This document shows positions 23,830 through 35,731 of a stretch of DNA of 64,000 nt, in pieces. The translations under genes were made by a program, and so were the position numbers. Position 1 is the stretch's first letter; each line of letters starts with the position of its first letter. The notes below the pieces were generated by a model. The model saw only the letters and a list, made by a program, of their open reading frames with translations, did not search any database and had not been told where the DNA came from. Source of the DNA: Clostridiales bacterium (GTDB taxonomy: Bacteria > Bacillota > Dehalobacteriia > UBA7702); contig JAXGQJ010000004.1 in NCBI GenBank assembly GCA_040766505.1, positions 17,549-81,548 of the forward strand, written 5' to 3'.

Positions 23830-24955
23830 GGTTCACCTCATTGATGGTTTTTGCGATTCTATAAAATTTGCCCGGCAGCGCCTCGACAAAGCCGTCCAAT
23901 TCCCAGTCGGTCATCAGCGTGGCCAGAGAGGCGGGGGAAAGGCCGGAAATCATCTGCAAATCATCGAAATACAGCGGGCCTTCCGCCAATGCCGTCCAAA
24001 CCTTCTTTTCCGCCTCGGAAAATCCCTCGATGGCGGGGGCGGGATTTGCTTTTGCCTCCAGCCAGGCTTTGATCTGTTCCAGATCAAAATATTCCGACAG
24101 GATATCGTCGACGGAATGCACCAGCTTGGCCCCGGCTTTGATCGCCAAATGCGGCCCCTCGCTGGACGGTGAAAAGATCGGGCCGGGAACGGCAAAGATA
24201 TCCTTTCCCTGTTCCAAGCCGTGGTTCACCGTATGCATCGCGCCGCTGGACGCCCTTCCCTCCACCAGCAAAACGCCGCGGCCCAAGCCGCTCATCAGCC
24301 GGTTTCGATAGGGGAAGGTGGAGCGCATCGGCATAAAGTGAAAGGGATATTCCGTCAGCAGGCAGCCCCTTTCTTTAATTTCGCGAAAGAGGCCCTGGTT
24401 TTCCCTGGGGTACACCTCGTCGATGCCGGAAGGCAAAACGGCGACGGTGCGGCCCCCGGCCCGCAATGCACCCAGATGGGCGGCGGTGTCAACGCCGATG
24501 GCGAGGCCGCTGACGATGGCCATGCCCGCCGTTTGCACCAGTTCCCGCGCAAACTTTTCCGCCACGTCCCGGCCATAGCGGCTGCATTGCCGCATACCGA
24601 CGATGGTGAACAGCCATTCCTCCCGCGACGGCAGCGTGCCGAAATAATAGAGGAAATAAGGGTTGCGGTGTACCTCCAATAAATGCGGCGGATATTCCGG
24701 ATCACGGATGGTACATATTTTAACATGGATCTTTTCGGCATATGCGTGAATTTTGTCGGGCTCAACCTTTTTTTTGCCTTGCAGGATAAATTCCAGCTTG
24801 TCCTTGGCGACGGGGAGCACGTTTCGCCAGGCGCCATCGCTTTGCCAGGCTTCGCTGAAGGTGGGGAATTCCGCCGCCAGCGCCTTCAAATACGGCTGTT
24901 CCATGCCGGGAATCTGGGCCAAAGCCATCAAATACATGCGCTCCTGTTCTTTCAC
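23822..24955 (-). CDS. dprA: DNA processing protein DprA (Smf)
   Basis: 377 aa intact; DprA core ..GLAIGVDTAAHLGAL.. Confidence 0.85.
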   Translation of the reverse strand: MKEQERMYLMALAQIPGMEQPYLKALAAEFPTFSEAWQSDGAWRNVLPVAKDKLEFILQGKKKVEPDKIHAYAEKIHVKICTIRDPEYPPHLLEVHRNPYFLYYFGTLPSREEWLFTIVGMRQCSRYGRDVAEKFARELVQTAGMAIVSGLAIGVDTAAHLGALRAGGRTVAVLPSGIDEVYPRENQGLFREIKERGCLLTEYPFHFMPMRSTFPYRNRLMSGLGRGVLLVEGRASSGAMHTVNHGLEQGKDIFAVPGPIFSPSSEGPHLAIKAGAKLVHSVDDILSEYFDLEQIKAWLEAKANPAPAIEGFSEAEKKVWTALAEGPLYFDDLQMISGLSPASLATLMTDWELDGFVEALPGKFYRIAKTINEVNHE

Positions 24956-25006
24956 GGTTTCCCCACCCCCTATATCGGCGTCTACCTAGGCAAGCGCGGC
25001 AAAGTA

Positions 25007-25015
25007 TGCTATAAT
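25007..25015 (+). promoter_or_regulatory. extended -10 promoter element TGCTATAAT
   Basis: exact TGnTATAAT 34 nt upstream of small ORF 25049..25159. Confidence 0.45.
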
Positions 25016-25048
25016 CGGCGATAAGAATTCCCTGGAGGAGAAACCGCC

Positions 25049-25159
25049 ATGCAATGCATCGCCGCTTTGGAGCCCTGGTGGCCAACGATTTTTTCTGTGG
25101 CCGTCGTCGTCATTTTCGCCATTTCCGCCTTCCGTGTTTGGCGCAACCGGCAAAAGTGA
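25049..25159 (+). CDS. small hydrophobic protein, 36 aa (MQCIAALEPWWPTIFSVAVVVIFAISAFRVWRNRQK)
   Basis: ATG preceded by GGAGGAG at -8; one predicted TM helix with basic C-terminus; below the 60-aa cut-off of the ORF track. Confidence 0.4.
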   Translation: MQCIAALEPWWPTIFSVAVVVIFAISAFRVWRNRQK

Positions 25160-25166
25160 ATTCTGC

Positions 25167-26394
25167 TTACTTCTTGCCCTTGGCCCCGCCTTGGGCGAGG
25201 ATATTCGTTTCATAGGTGCGAACCAACCGCGCTTTGTCCCGGCTGCGCCGGAGTGCGATCTGCACCAGACGATCCAGCAATTGAGAAAAAGGCAAACCCA
25301 CCGGCTCCCAAAGATAGAAGGAAAGGGAACCGGGGATCGTATTGACTTCGTTTAAATAGACCTTGCCTTCGGCCCTGTCGATCATAAAGTCGAGACGCCA
25401 AACGCCGCTGGCGAAGAGGGCGTCAAAGGATCGCTTGGCAATGGCGCGGATTTCCTCCGCCGTCTCTTCGGGGATCTCCGCGGGAAGGCGGCTCTTCAGG
25501 CCGATCATGCCTTTATTGGCATTCGGGTACTTATCGTCAAAAGTGATGTTGATGCACCCCGGTTGGCTTTTTCCGCCGCTTTTATCGTCCGTATGCAGGT
25601 ATTTATCCTTGAAGGAAAGAATATCGTCCTGAGAGAGGGGTTCCTCCAAACAGGAAAGCAGCGTTTCATGCTCGTCGCCCAGGACGGCAATGTTGATTTC
25701 TTGCAAGTCCATGATCGCCGGCTCCACCAGCACCTTTTGGGAAAAACGGTGGGCGAGATCGATGGCGTCCCGCAGGCCTTCCCGGTCCATGGCCTTTTTA
25801 ACGCCGATGCTGGAGCCGGTGTCCGCCGGTTTCACGATGAGCGGATAGGGAAACTTTTCCTCTATGGCGGCGAGGATGCTTCCTTCCTCCAGGTTCCAGC
25901 GGGAGGAATAGAACCAGAAACAATCGAGCACCGGGATGTCCCGCATTTGACAGAGGGCCTTTTGGGCCACCTTATCCATACCCACCGCCGCCGCCAGGGT
26001 TCCCGGCCCCACATAGGAATCCCGGTCATTTCCAAGAACCCTTGCAAACAACCGTCCTCCCCTGGGCGCCATGCATCACCGGGAAAAAAACGTCGATCTT
26101 TGCCAGCGGCCCCTTGCTGAGGAGCCCCTGGGGATAGGGGAAAATCTGCCCGTCGCCGCCATTAGCGGACAATAGCACCTTTTTTAATTTCCCCGGCAAT
26201 GCTTTTAGATCTTGAAAGCTGTCGATATTCCACAGGGCGTCGCCGGTATACCATTGGCCGTCCTTTGAAATATAGATCGGCACCACTTCATACTTCTCCC
26301 GATCCAGGCCGTGGATTGCCTGCTGGGCCGAGATGATGGCCACTTCGTGCTCCACAGAAGGGCAGCCGAACAATACGCCGACTTTCGTTTTCAT
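25167..26394 (-). CDS. ddl: D-alanine--D-alanine ligase; two frameshifts near 26030..26080
   Basis: ORF 25167..26072 (C-terminal 301 aa, ATP-grasp) plus 26026..26418 (N-term MKTKVGVLFGC); LQGFLEMTGIP motif in a third frame (25862..26047). Confidence 0.75.
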
Positions 26395-26414
26395 CTTCAA
26401 ACCATCCTTTCCCT

Positions 26415-27800
26415 TCACTCATTATATGTATCGGGCAGATCATTCTCATAGAGGATGATGTCCCCGGCCACAGCTTTGCCATATACATAGGTATTGGCGG
26501 CATTGAGATCCGCCGCCATAAAGATCCGCCCCTCCGGAAAACCCGCGGCCAAAAGGCCTTCCCGGATCGGCTGCGTTTGCCGGATGCCGACGAGGGCCGC
26601 ATAATCGCAGGCTTTCGCCGCTTCGGCGCCGAATAGGCGGTTTTCTTCCGCTTCCCGATCCCCCAGTTCCACCAGGCCCGGCGTGATCAGGAATTTGCGG
26701 CCGCCTTCCATAGCGGCCAAAACCTCCAGCGCCTTTTTCGCGCCGACGGGATTGGAGTTGAAGGCATCGTCGATGATAATTAGGCCATTGGCCGTCGGTT
26801 TCAGCTCCAAACGGTGTTCCACCGGCGGCAGCGAAGCCACGGCGGCGGCGGCCCGTTCCGGTGCTATCCCCAGTTCCTTCCCCATCGCGACGGCGGCGAG
26901 GATATTATAAATATTATGTTCCCCCAAAAGTTTCGTTTTAAAAGGTACGGTTTGCCCCCCCGGCGCCACAAGGGTAAATTGGCTGCCCCGGCTGTGATAG
27001 GCAATGTCCCTGGCGCTATAATCCAGGCCTTCCCCCAATAGCCCATAGGTCACCACCCTGCCCTTCATCCGGTGCGCATGGGCCCGAATCGCCCCATCGT
27101 CAAAATTGAGGACGGCGATGCCATCGGCGGGGAGAGCGTCCAACAATTCGCATTTCGTCGCCACGATGGCCTCGAAACTGCCAAAAGTCTCCAGATGCTG
27201 GGGGCCGATGGCGGTGAGGATGCCGTATTGTGGCTGTACCAGTTCGGAAAGCTCGGCAATATCGCCGGGGTTTTTCGCCCCCATTTCCGTGACAAAGGCC
27301 TCGTGAACCGGCCGCAGCTGCTCGCGGATCACCCGGGTGATCCCCATCGGCGTATTGTAACTGCCCGGCGGCATCAAAGTATGGTACTTTTCTTCCAAGA
27401 TCCGGTTTAAGATATGCTTCACCGAAGTTTTGCCATAGCTGCCGGTGATGGCCACCCGCAGCAACCCCGGATGCTTCGCCACCAGATCCCGGCGCTCCGG
27501 AAGAACCCGGCCTTCCGCCGTTCTTCAAAAGGATGCAGCAAAACATTGGCGGCCAGCATAAAAACGCTGGAAGCGAAAGGCAGGCCCGCCAAAACCAGAA
27601 GGGCCGCGCCACGGAGCGCGCCGTTCAGTTCCCCATTGGCGAGGATGGCCAATAGGATCGCCAGCACCGGCACGGAAATAGAGGCCGAGGGCGACGGCGA
27701 ACAGCCGCCGGGCCCGCTTCGTAAAATCCAGCGGCTTCTTCGCCGGTTTTTTCGCCGCTGCGCAGCAGCGCTCCATAGGACAAAACCCAAAGCAAAAGGG
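26415..27800 (-). CDS. murF: UDP-N-acetylmuramoyl-tripeptide--D-alanyl-D-alanine ligase MurF; N-terminal ~100 codons frame-shifted
   Basis: ORF 26415..27482 is C-terminal 355 aa starting at P-loop AITGSYGKTSVK. Confidence 0.7.
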
Positions 27801-28037
27801 CGACGAAAAGGCCGGCAGTGCCGCCGATAAAAAGACCGCCGGCGGCGACGACGGGCGCCAGTTCCCGATAGGCCGGGCGGCTTTTTCCCGGAGCCAGCAG
27901 CCATAGCGTTCGTTCCGATAGGAATTCAATTGCAGCATATGAAGTTCCCGCCTGATCTTCAGCACGGAAAAGAAAGCGTACGGCAATGAGCAGGGAAGCC
28001 AAAGAAAATCAAGCATCGTTTCTCTCCTTCAACGGTT

Positions 28038-28787
28038 CTAAAAACGCCTCCACCACCGCAGAAAACGGGCATTTTGTTCCAAAAAGGCATAATGGCCCGC
28101 GCCTTCAAAGACGATCAGCGCCGCGTCAATGCCGTTTTGCCGCAGGATTGCCTCCATCTTCCGGCCATCGGCAAGGGGTGGCGGTGTCCGTTTCGCCCCA
28201 AACCAATAAGGTGGGGGCGGTGACTTCGGCGAGGCGGCGGGACAAATCTTCATTGACCACCTTGAGAGAACCTGGCGCATCAGCGGCGAAGCCGCCTGGT
28301 AATCGGCGGAGCCCGCCTTCTTGCGCCGCAGCCTCCAAATGGCTTTTTCTATGTTTGAGACCCGGCAGATCCAGGGTTTTTTTCAACAATTTATAGGAAT
28401 ATACCTTGAAATAATAATCGACGCCCCGGCCGGGCGATGCCGGCGCTGTCCACGAGCACCAGGCGGCAGCAAAGGCCCCGGCCGCCAGCTCAATGGCAAT
28501 GCGGCCGCCATTGAGTGGCCCAGCAAAATCGGTTGCTTCACCTGCAATCTTTCCAGGAACTTGGCGATGCAATCGGCGGTTTCAACCGGTTCCCCAAGGG
28601 GTTTCCGGTTCATCGCTTTCGCCAAAACCGGGAACATCGACGGCAATGACCCGATAACCGGCGGCAAAATGGCGAAACACCGTATCCATATGTCCGAGAT
28701 TGCAGCCCCAGCCGTGAAGCAGCAAGAGGGGATGCCCTCCCCTTCTTCCCGATAATGCAGCCGCAATCCATCGATTTCTATCAACAT
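28038..28787 (-). pseudogene. alpha/beta-fold hydrolase; frame broken
   Basis: 28383..28787 N-terminus IDGLRLHYREEGEG.. and LLGHSMAA nucleophile elbow; 28038..28280 C-terminus ..VFEGAGHYAFLE. Confidence 0.55.
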
Positions 28788-28854
28788 AAAAACTCCCTGT
28801 TTTTTACAATATATGTGGCGGTCGGGGAAAATACGCCGCTTCCGCCTAACCGCA

Positions 28855-30396
28855 TCAGATCACCTTATCCAAAGCCCGGTATTGCACCGCCTCGGCAATA
28901 TGATGGCCGGCGATTCCCGCCGCCCCCTCCAAATCCGCGATGGTGCGGGCAACCTTCAAAATCCGGTCATGGGCCCTGGCGCTGAGGTGCATCCGATCAA
29001 AAACCCGTTCCAACAGTTGCCGGCCCTTGTCGTCCAATGGGCAAAAGGTTTCCAAAAAGCGGCGATCCAATTGGGCATTGCAATAGATGCCGGCCATATC
29101 CCGATAGCGCCGGGCCTGTAGCGACCTGGCCTCCTCCACCCTTTGGCGGATTTGAACGGAAGGCTCCTCCCGGTTTTTTTCATGCAGATCATGAAAGCGC
29201 ACCCGCCCCACTTCCACATGCAGGTCGATCCGATCCAGCAACGGGCCGGAAAGGCGGCCGAGATAACGGCGGATCTGGCCGGGGCTGCAATGGCACTCCT
29301 TATCGGGATCGCCATAATAACCGCAGGGACATGGATTGCAGGCGCAAACCAGTTGAAAATCGGCGGGGAATCTAACGGCGGCGCTGGCCCTGGCGATGGT
29401 AATGGCCTTCTCTTCCAAAGGCTGACGCAAAACCTGCAAAACATGTTTCGGAAACTCCACGATTTCATCGAGAAAGAGCACGCCATTGGAGGCAAGGCTG
29501 ATCTCACCGGGCCGCGGAAAGCTGCCGCCGCCAATCAGGCTCGGCGCCGTGGCGGTATGATGGGGGGAACGATACGGACGGCGGCGAATGATGCTCTCGC
29601 CGTTCAACTCCCCGGCAAGGCTATAGATACGCGTGGTTTCCAAGGCTTCCTGCCGGGTCAGGGCCGGAAGGATCGTCGGCATACTTTTGGCCAGCATGGT
29701 TTTGCCGGAACCGGGGCCGCCGATCAACAGGATATTGTGGCCCCCGGCGGCGGCGATTTCCATCGCCCGTTTGACCCCTTGCTGGCCACGAATATCGGCC
29801 ATATCAACGGCGCCGTCAAAATCTCCGGGGCCGATCTGAAAATCCGCCTCGGTGACGGGGGCGGGTAAAATTTCCATCTCTTCCATCAGGAAAGCGGCGG
29901 TCTCTTCGATATTGCGAAGCGGGTAAACCGGCACTTTGCCGGTAAGGGCCCCTTCGGCGCCATTTTCCGCCGGCAGGAACACCCTAGCCGCCGGATCCAG
30001 CTTGGAAATACCGTCCACCAATGGAAGGATGCCATTGATCGGTGAAATGCCGCCGTCTAAAGACAATTCGCCAAGAAAATAAGAATGGCTGTCCAAACCC
30101 GAGGGCAGCCGGATCTGTTCCGTAGCCAATAAAAGACCGAGGGCGATGGCAAGGTCAAAGTTGGTGCCGTCCTTTTTTAGATCCGCCGGCGCGAGGTTGA
30201 CGATGATTTTTTTGCCGGGAAAGACGAAGCCGCTGTTTCTCAGCGCCGCCTTCACCCTCTCCTTGCTTTCGCGCACCGCGGCGTCGGGAAGGCCAACCAT
30301 ATCAAAGCTGGGCAGCCCATTGCTGACATCAACCTCAATGGCAATGGCATAGGCTTCCAGCCCGATCAAAGAAATGCTTTTCACGATCGACAGCAT
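28855..30396 (-). CDS. comM: YifB/ComM-family Mg-chelatase-like AAA+ ATPase
   Basis: ORF 28855..30420; Walker A GPGSGKT, C-terminal Mg-chelatase domain; start MLSIVKS at 30396. Confidence 0.85.
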   Translation of the reverse strand: MLSIVKSISLIGLEAYAIAIEVDVSNGLPSFDMVGLPDAAVRESKERVKAALRNSGFVFPGKKIIVNLAPADLKKDGTNFDLAIALGLLLATEQIRLPSGLDSHSYFLGELSLDGGISPINGILPLVDGISKLDPAARVFLPAENGAEGALTGKVPVYPLRNIEETAAFLMEEMEILPAPVTEADFQIGPGDFDGAVDMADIRGQQGVKRAMEIAAAGGHNILLIGGPGSGKTMLAKSMPTILPALTRQEALETTRIYSLAGELNGESIIRRRPYRSPHHTATAPSLIGGGSFPRPGEISLASNGVLFLDEIVEFPKHVLQVLRQPLEEKAITIARASAAVRFPADFQLVCACNPCPCGYYGDPDKECHCSPGQIRRYLGRLSGPLLDRIDLHVEVGRVRFHDLHEKNREEPSVQIRQRVEEARSLQARRYRDMAGIYCNAQLDRRFLETFCPLDDKGRQLLERVFDRMHLSARAHDRILKVARTIADLEGAAGIAGHHIAEAVQYRALDKVI

Positions 30397-30431
30397 TGCG
30401 CGGCGCCCCTTTCCCATCACTACAATATATA

Positions 30432-30459
30432 ATTATATGGGAAAAAAGCCAGTTGTCAA
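30432..30459 (-). promoter_or_regulatory. sigma-70-type promoter TTGACA-N16-TATAAT upstream of comM
   Basis: minus strand TTGACAactggcttttttcccaTATAAT read directly. Confidence 0.5.
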
Positions 30460-30638
30460 CAAAATCCTCCGCCGGCGCCAAAATTCCGGGCGGCCGCCGC
30501 CCCCGCCGCCGGCATAAAAATCAACCCGCCCCAAGGGAAGCGACGCGGCTTTTCCCCCGCTTCGCCCACCTTTTCCTCAAACCGAGGCAGCCGATTCCAT
30601 TCCATCCGCAACGGCCCCGCGGCCGGTTTGATCGCGAT

Positions 30639-30669
30639 AAAAAATGCGTTCCGCTATACGGCGGAACGC
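30639..30669 (-). terminator. rho-independent terminator after mttB copy 2
   Basis: minus strand GCGTTCCGC-CGTATA-GCGGAACGC followed by ATTTTTTAT. Confidence 0.6.
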
Positions 30670-30705
30670 GAAACCAGAAAACCGATGTTGATGTTTGGAG
30701 TGGGA

Positions 30706-32197
30706 TCAAATGTGGTATTCGGAAAGGGGAAGGCGGCATGCGCTTTCCATTTCATTTACGATATCCCGCACCGTTTTGCCAATATGGGGCAAAAGGGGCG
30801 GAACCTGATAATTCCGGTACAAATCCAAGGCCCGTTCATTGGCATTTTGGAGAATGTCCCGTCTGCCCGCCGCCTCCCACTCTTCCGGCATGGTGCGGTC
30901 AATCAAATTTGACTGCGACTGGCTTTCCTTAAAATATTGAAAGGTATGGCTGTGCGGATACGAATTCTCCGCCGGGGCCCACCTCGCGGATGGCGGCCAA
31001 TGCCAAAGATTCCTCATCCACCTCGATGCCTTTCAAAGCGTGAAGAATCATACCGGCGAATTCATTGTCCATAACCAGCTTGGAATAATCGAAGGTAATG
31101 CCCAATCCCAGCATACCCAGGCCATAAATCACATTGGCGCCTGCCAATGCCGCCAACAGCGCCGAGAGGGTGGTCTCATGGCCCGCTTGGGCGTCGGGAA
31201 CTTTGGCATCGGCCTAGCCGCCCGCAACCCAACTGGGCAAATGATAAAATTGGGCAATTTGCGCCACCGAGGCGGAGATCATGCCCAATTCCGGCGCTCC
31301 CACCCCGGCGGTGGTGGTGCGCAGATCCATCATCGTCGTGGAGCTGCCATAAATAAAGGGATTCCCCGGCCGGATGCCCTGGCACAAAACGAGGCCCGCC
31401 AACACCTCGGCATTGTGAACCACCAAGGTGCCGGCGAGGGTCACGGGGCCGGTTCCGCCCGACAGGGCCATGGAAAGCACATTGACGGGGATGCCTGCCA
31501 TCGCGGCTTCCATAATCACTTCCGTCGTATCCGGATTCAAGGAAAGGGGGCTGTTCGGGCAACAGAGAGGGGAATAGATCGGCCGCTTTCTCAGATTCTC
31601 CATCCCTCCTTGGATCGCCGCGGCCATGCGAATGATGGCTTTGGCGTTCTGCCCATTGCCCGCGCCAATAAAGGCATGTTTCGTTGTGTGATGGAAAATG
31701 GCCTCCGCATTGTGAATGCTTTGCACTTCCGGCGGAACTTCATCGGCGCCCAGCGCCCTTTCATAGACGGCGATGTTTTCCATCGCGTCACAGAGGCGCG
31801 TGGCGTCGCCAACGTCTTTTTTTGTAGAATTTTTCGCGGAGCGGCTTACCGGATCCACCACCTTGATTCCTTCGCCAAAATTGGTAAATGTCACCTTTTT
31901 CCCGTAGAGATAGACGTCGTTCTTGGGATTGCGCCCGCAGAGAAGAACAGAGCTCGGCGCCGCCCTGAGGGCGTCCTCCACCATGCTGGGCGTTACATAA
32001 ACGATTTGCCGGGCGGCGTCAAATTCCGCGCCCAGGCCTAAAAAAATGTCTTGCGCCTCCGGAGAAATCACCTTGACGCCGGTGTTCTGCAATATATCCA
32101 GGGTAGCGCCATGCAAGAGATACAGGTCATCTTCGGAGAACAGGTTCAACCCTATGCCGAGTATTTTCTCCTGCCCCGCCAATAAAGCGCGATTCAT
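30706..32197 (-). CDS. mttB: second, divergent pyrrolysine-type MttB-family methyltransferase (in-frame UAG 31214..31216; additional frameshift ca. 30965)
   Basis: ORF 31214..32197 ends ..[11 protein letters not shown], then TAG, then in-frame ..[17 protein letters not shown] (30929..31156); last ~100 codons continue in another frame (30706..31017); about 50% identical to copy 1. Confidence 0.75.
31214..31216 (-). other. in-frame amber codon, predicted pyrrolysine codon of mttB copy 2
   Basis: cta on plus strand; same alignment column (VAGG-O-A) as in copy 1 although flanking nucleotides differ. Confidence 0.75.
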
Positions 32198-32463
32198 TTT
32201 ATCTCCCCCTTCTTTTGGTCATCGTCGCCCTTTTTGCCTTTTGTGTTGTTCTTATTATAGCAGAAATTGAAATCCGTTCCCGCCTACAAAAAGTAAAATG
32301 ATGACTTTACACTTCGTAAGATTCCCCGGCGGGGCAAAAAAACTTAATTTTGGTAAAACGGAAACTAGACAATGTGTAAAATGACATTTTATCAATTCAA
32401 TGCTACGCTTAGGGCAATTGCCATAAAAAACCGTATATAGAGATTTTGGAAGGAGAGAGAAAA

Positions 32464-33954
32464 ATGGGTGAAATCAAAAGGCTTCAATATTTCGCCGGCG
32501 GCCAATGGCACACCTCAAAAAGTGAAACGTATATGACCGTATACAATCCCAGCACCGGCCAGCCGATCGCCGAAACGCCCTGCTGTACCGAGGAGGAGTC
32601 AACCATGCCGTCGCCTGCGCGAAAGAAGCGTTTCCGGGCTGGAGGGACACCCCGGCCATCAAAAGGGCCCAAATCCTCTAAACTACGGGATCTGTTGATG
32701 GAACATTTGGATGAACTCACCTATCTGGTGGCCTGGGAAAATGGCAAAGCCTGGGGCGACGCAAAAGGCGATGTATTGAAGGCGAAGAAGCCGACGGAGG
32801 TCGCCTGCGGCATTCCCAGCCTGATGATGGGCGAATCCAGCATGGACACATCAAAAGGCGTGGATACCGTACTATACCGCGAACCGTTGGGGGTTTTCGC
32901 GGGGATCGTTCCCCTTTAATTTTCCCGCGATGATTCCGATGGGCTGGATGACGCCGTTTGTATCGCCGCCGGCAATACCATCGTTTTAAAAGCCGCCAGC
33001 ATGACGCCGCAAACCGCGATGCGCATCGCCGATTTATACCGCGAAGCCGGCCTGCCCGACGGCGTGCTGAATCTCGTCACCTGCTCCAGGAATGAAGCGA
33101 ATCTGCTGCTTTCCCATCCGGATATCAAGAGCATCAGCTTTGTCGGTTCCACCGCCATCGGCCTTTCCGTCTATTCCCAGGCCGCCGCCGCCGGTAAGCG
33201 GGTGCAGTGCCTCTGTGAGGCGAAGAACCATGCCCTCGTCCTAGACGACGCGCCGATAGAACGAACCGCGGCGGGCATCATCAATTCCTGCTTCGGCTGT
33301 GCCGGAGAACGGTGCATGGCTTTGCCGGTTGTCGTCGCCCAGGAAAGCATTGCCGATCAACTGGTGGCGGCGATCGTTCGCAAGGCGAAAGAGCTAAAGG
33401 TGGGGCCGGCCTATGAAAAAGATACGGAGATGGGCCCCTTGGTCTCCGGCGGCCATAAGGATTTTGTCCTCAAATGGATCGACAAAGGGGAGGCGGAGGG
33501 CGCCGAAATGGTTCTGGACGGTAGGAATTTTAAGGTTCCCGGTTATGAGAACGGTTTTTTCGTCGGCCCCACCGTCGTGGACAAGGTACGGCCCGGCATG
33601 ACCATTGGCGATGAAGAGATCTTTGGGCCGGTGGTCTGCATCAAAAGGGTGAAGGATTTTGAGAGGGGCCTGGCCCTGATGAATGAAAACCAATTCGCCA
33701 ATGGCTCCGTTATTTTCACCCAGAACGGCTATTATGCCAGGGAATTTGCAGGGCGAACCGACGGCGGCATGGTCGGCGTTAATGTCGGCATCCCGGTTCC
33801 CATCGGCATTTTCCCCTTCTCCGGCCACAAACGCTCCTTCTTTGGCGATCTGCATTGTCTCGGAAAGGATGGCATCCGCTTCTATACCGAATCAAAATGC
33901 GTAACCACCCGCTGGTTCGACGAAGAAGAGCTGAAAAAGAAGGTCGATACTTGA
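32464..33954 (+). CDS. mmsA: CoA-acylating malonate/methylmalonate-semialdehyde dehydrogenase (MmsA/IolA type); frameshifted between ca. 32600 and 33000
   Basis: N-terminus MGEIKRLQYFAGGQWHTSKSETYMTVYNPSTGQPIAE after GGAAGGAGAG; ORF 33001..33954 (GERCMA, FPFSGHKRSFFGDLHCLGKDGIRFYT) matches MmsA closely. Confidence 0.75.
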
Positions 33955-34033
33955 GACAGCACCATCTGAGCCGGCCAAAACCTTGGTCGATTCCTCTATG
34001 AAGAGACATCCGAGCAAGCGAAGGAGGATGGTA

Positions 34034-35356
<1,323 letters not shown>

Positions 35357-35593
35357 AAAGAACGCGGAGGATAAATTCCCCGGCCCACAATGGAAAAGCA
35401 TCCTCCATATCAAGTCTTAAAAGCCCCAGAACCGCCAAATTCAGGGGCTATCCTTTCAAAAAAGGCAACCAATGCATAGAACCCCGGCGCTTTTAGCGAA
35501 AATCCAGATTATAGCCCAAAGCCGCCTTGCAGCGGCTTTAGGCTCAATCTGGCGGGCTTCGAGAAACGGCCTAGAGCTAGGTGCGGACAAAGG

Positions 35594-35631
35594 CCAGGCC
35601 CCAACGTATACGCACATACGTTGGGGCCTGG
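35594..35631. terminator. perfect 16-bp stem-loop between convergent gdhA and BCCT genes (bidirectional terminator candidate)
   Basis: CCAGGCCCCAACGTAT-acgcac-ATACGTTGGGGCCTGG followed by CTTTGGG. Confidence 0.5.
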
Positions 35632-35731
35632 CTTTGGGAGGGATGATGCCATTGGCGGTTTGTCGGCGGCCCGGAACCCGGCGGCGCTTTGCGCCGGGTT
35701 TCAGGCATTACAATGCCGGTTTTTCCAACAT

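Noticed and set aside
31040-32041. 333-aa plus-strand ORF
   Set aside because: Antisense to mttB copy 2.
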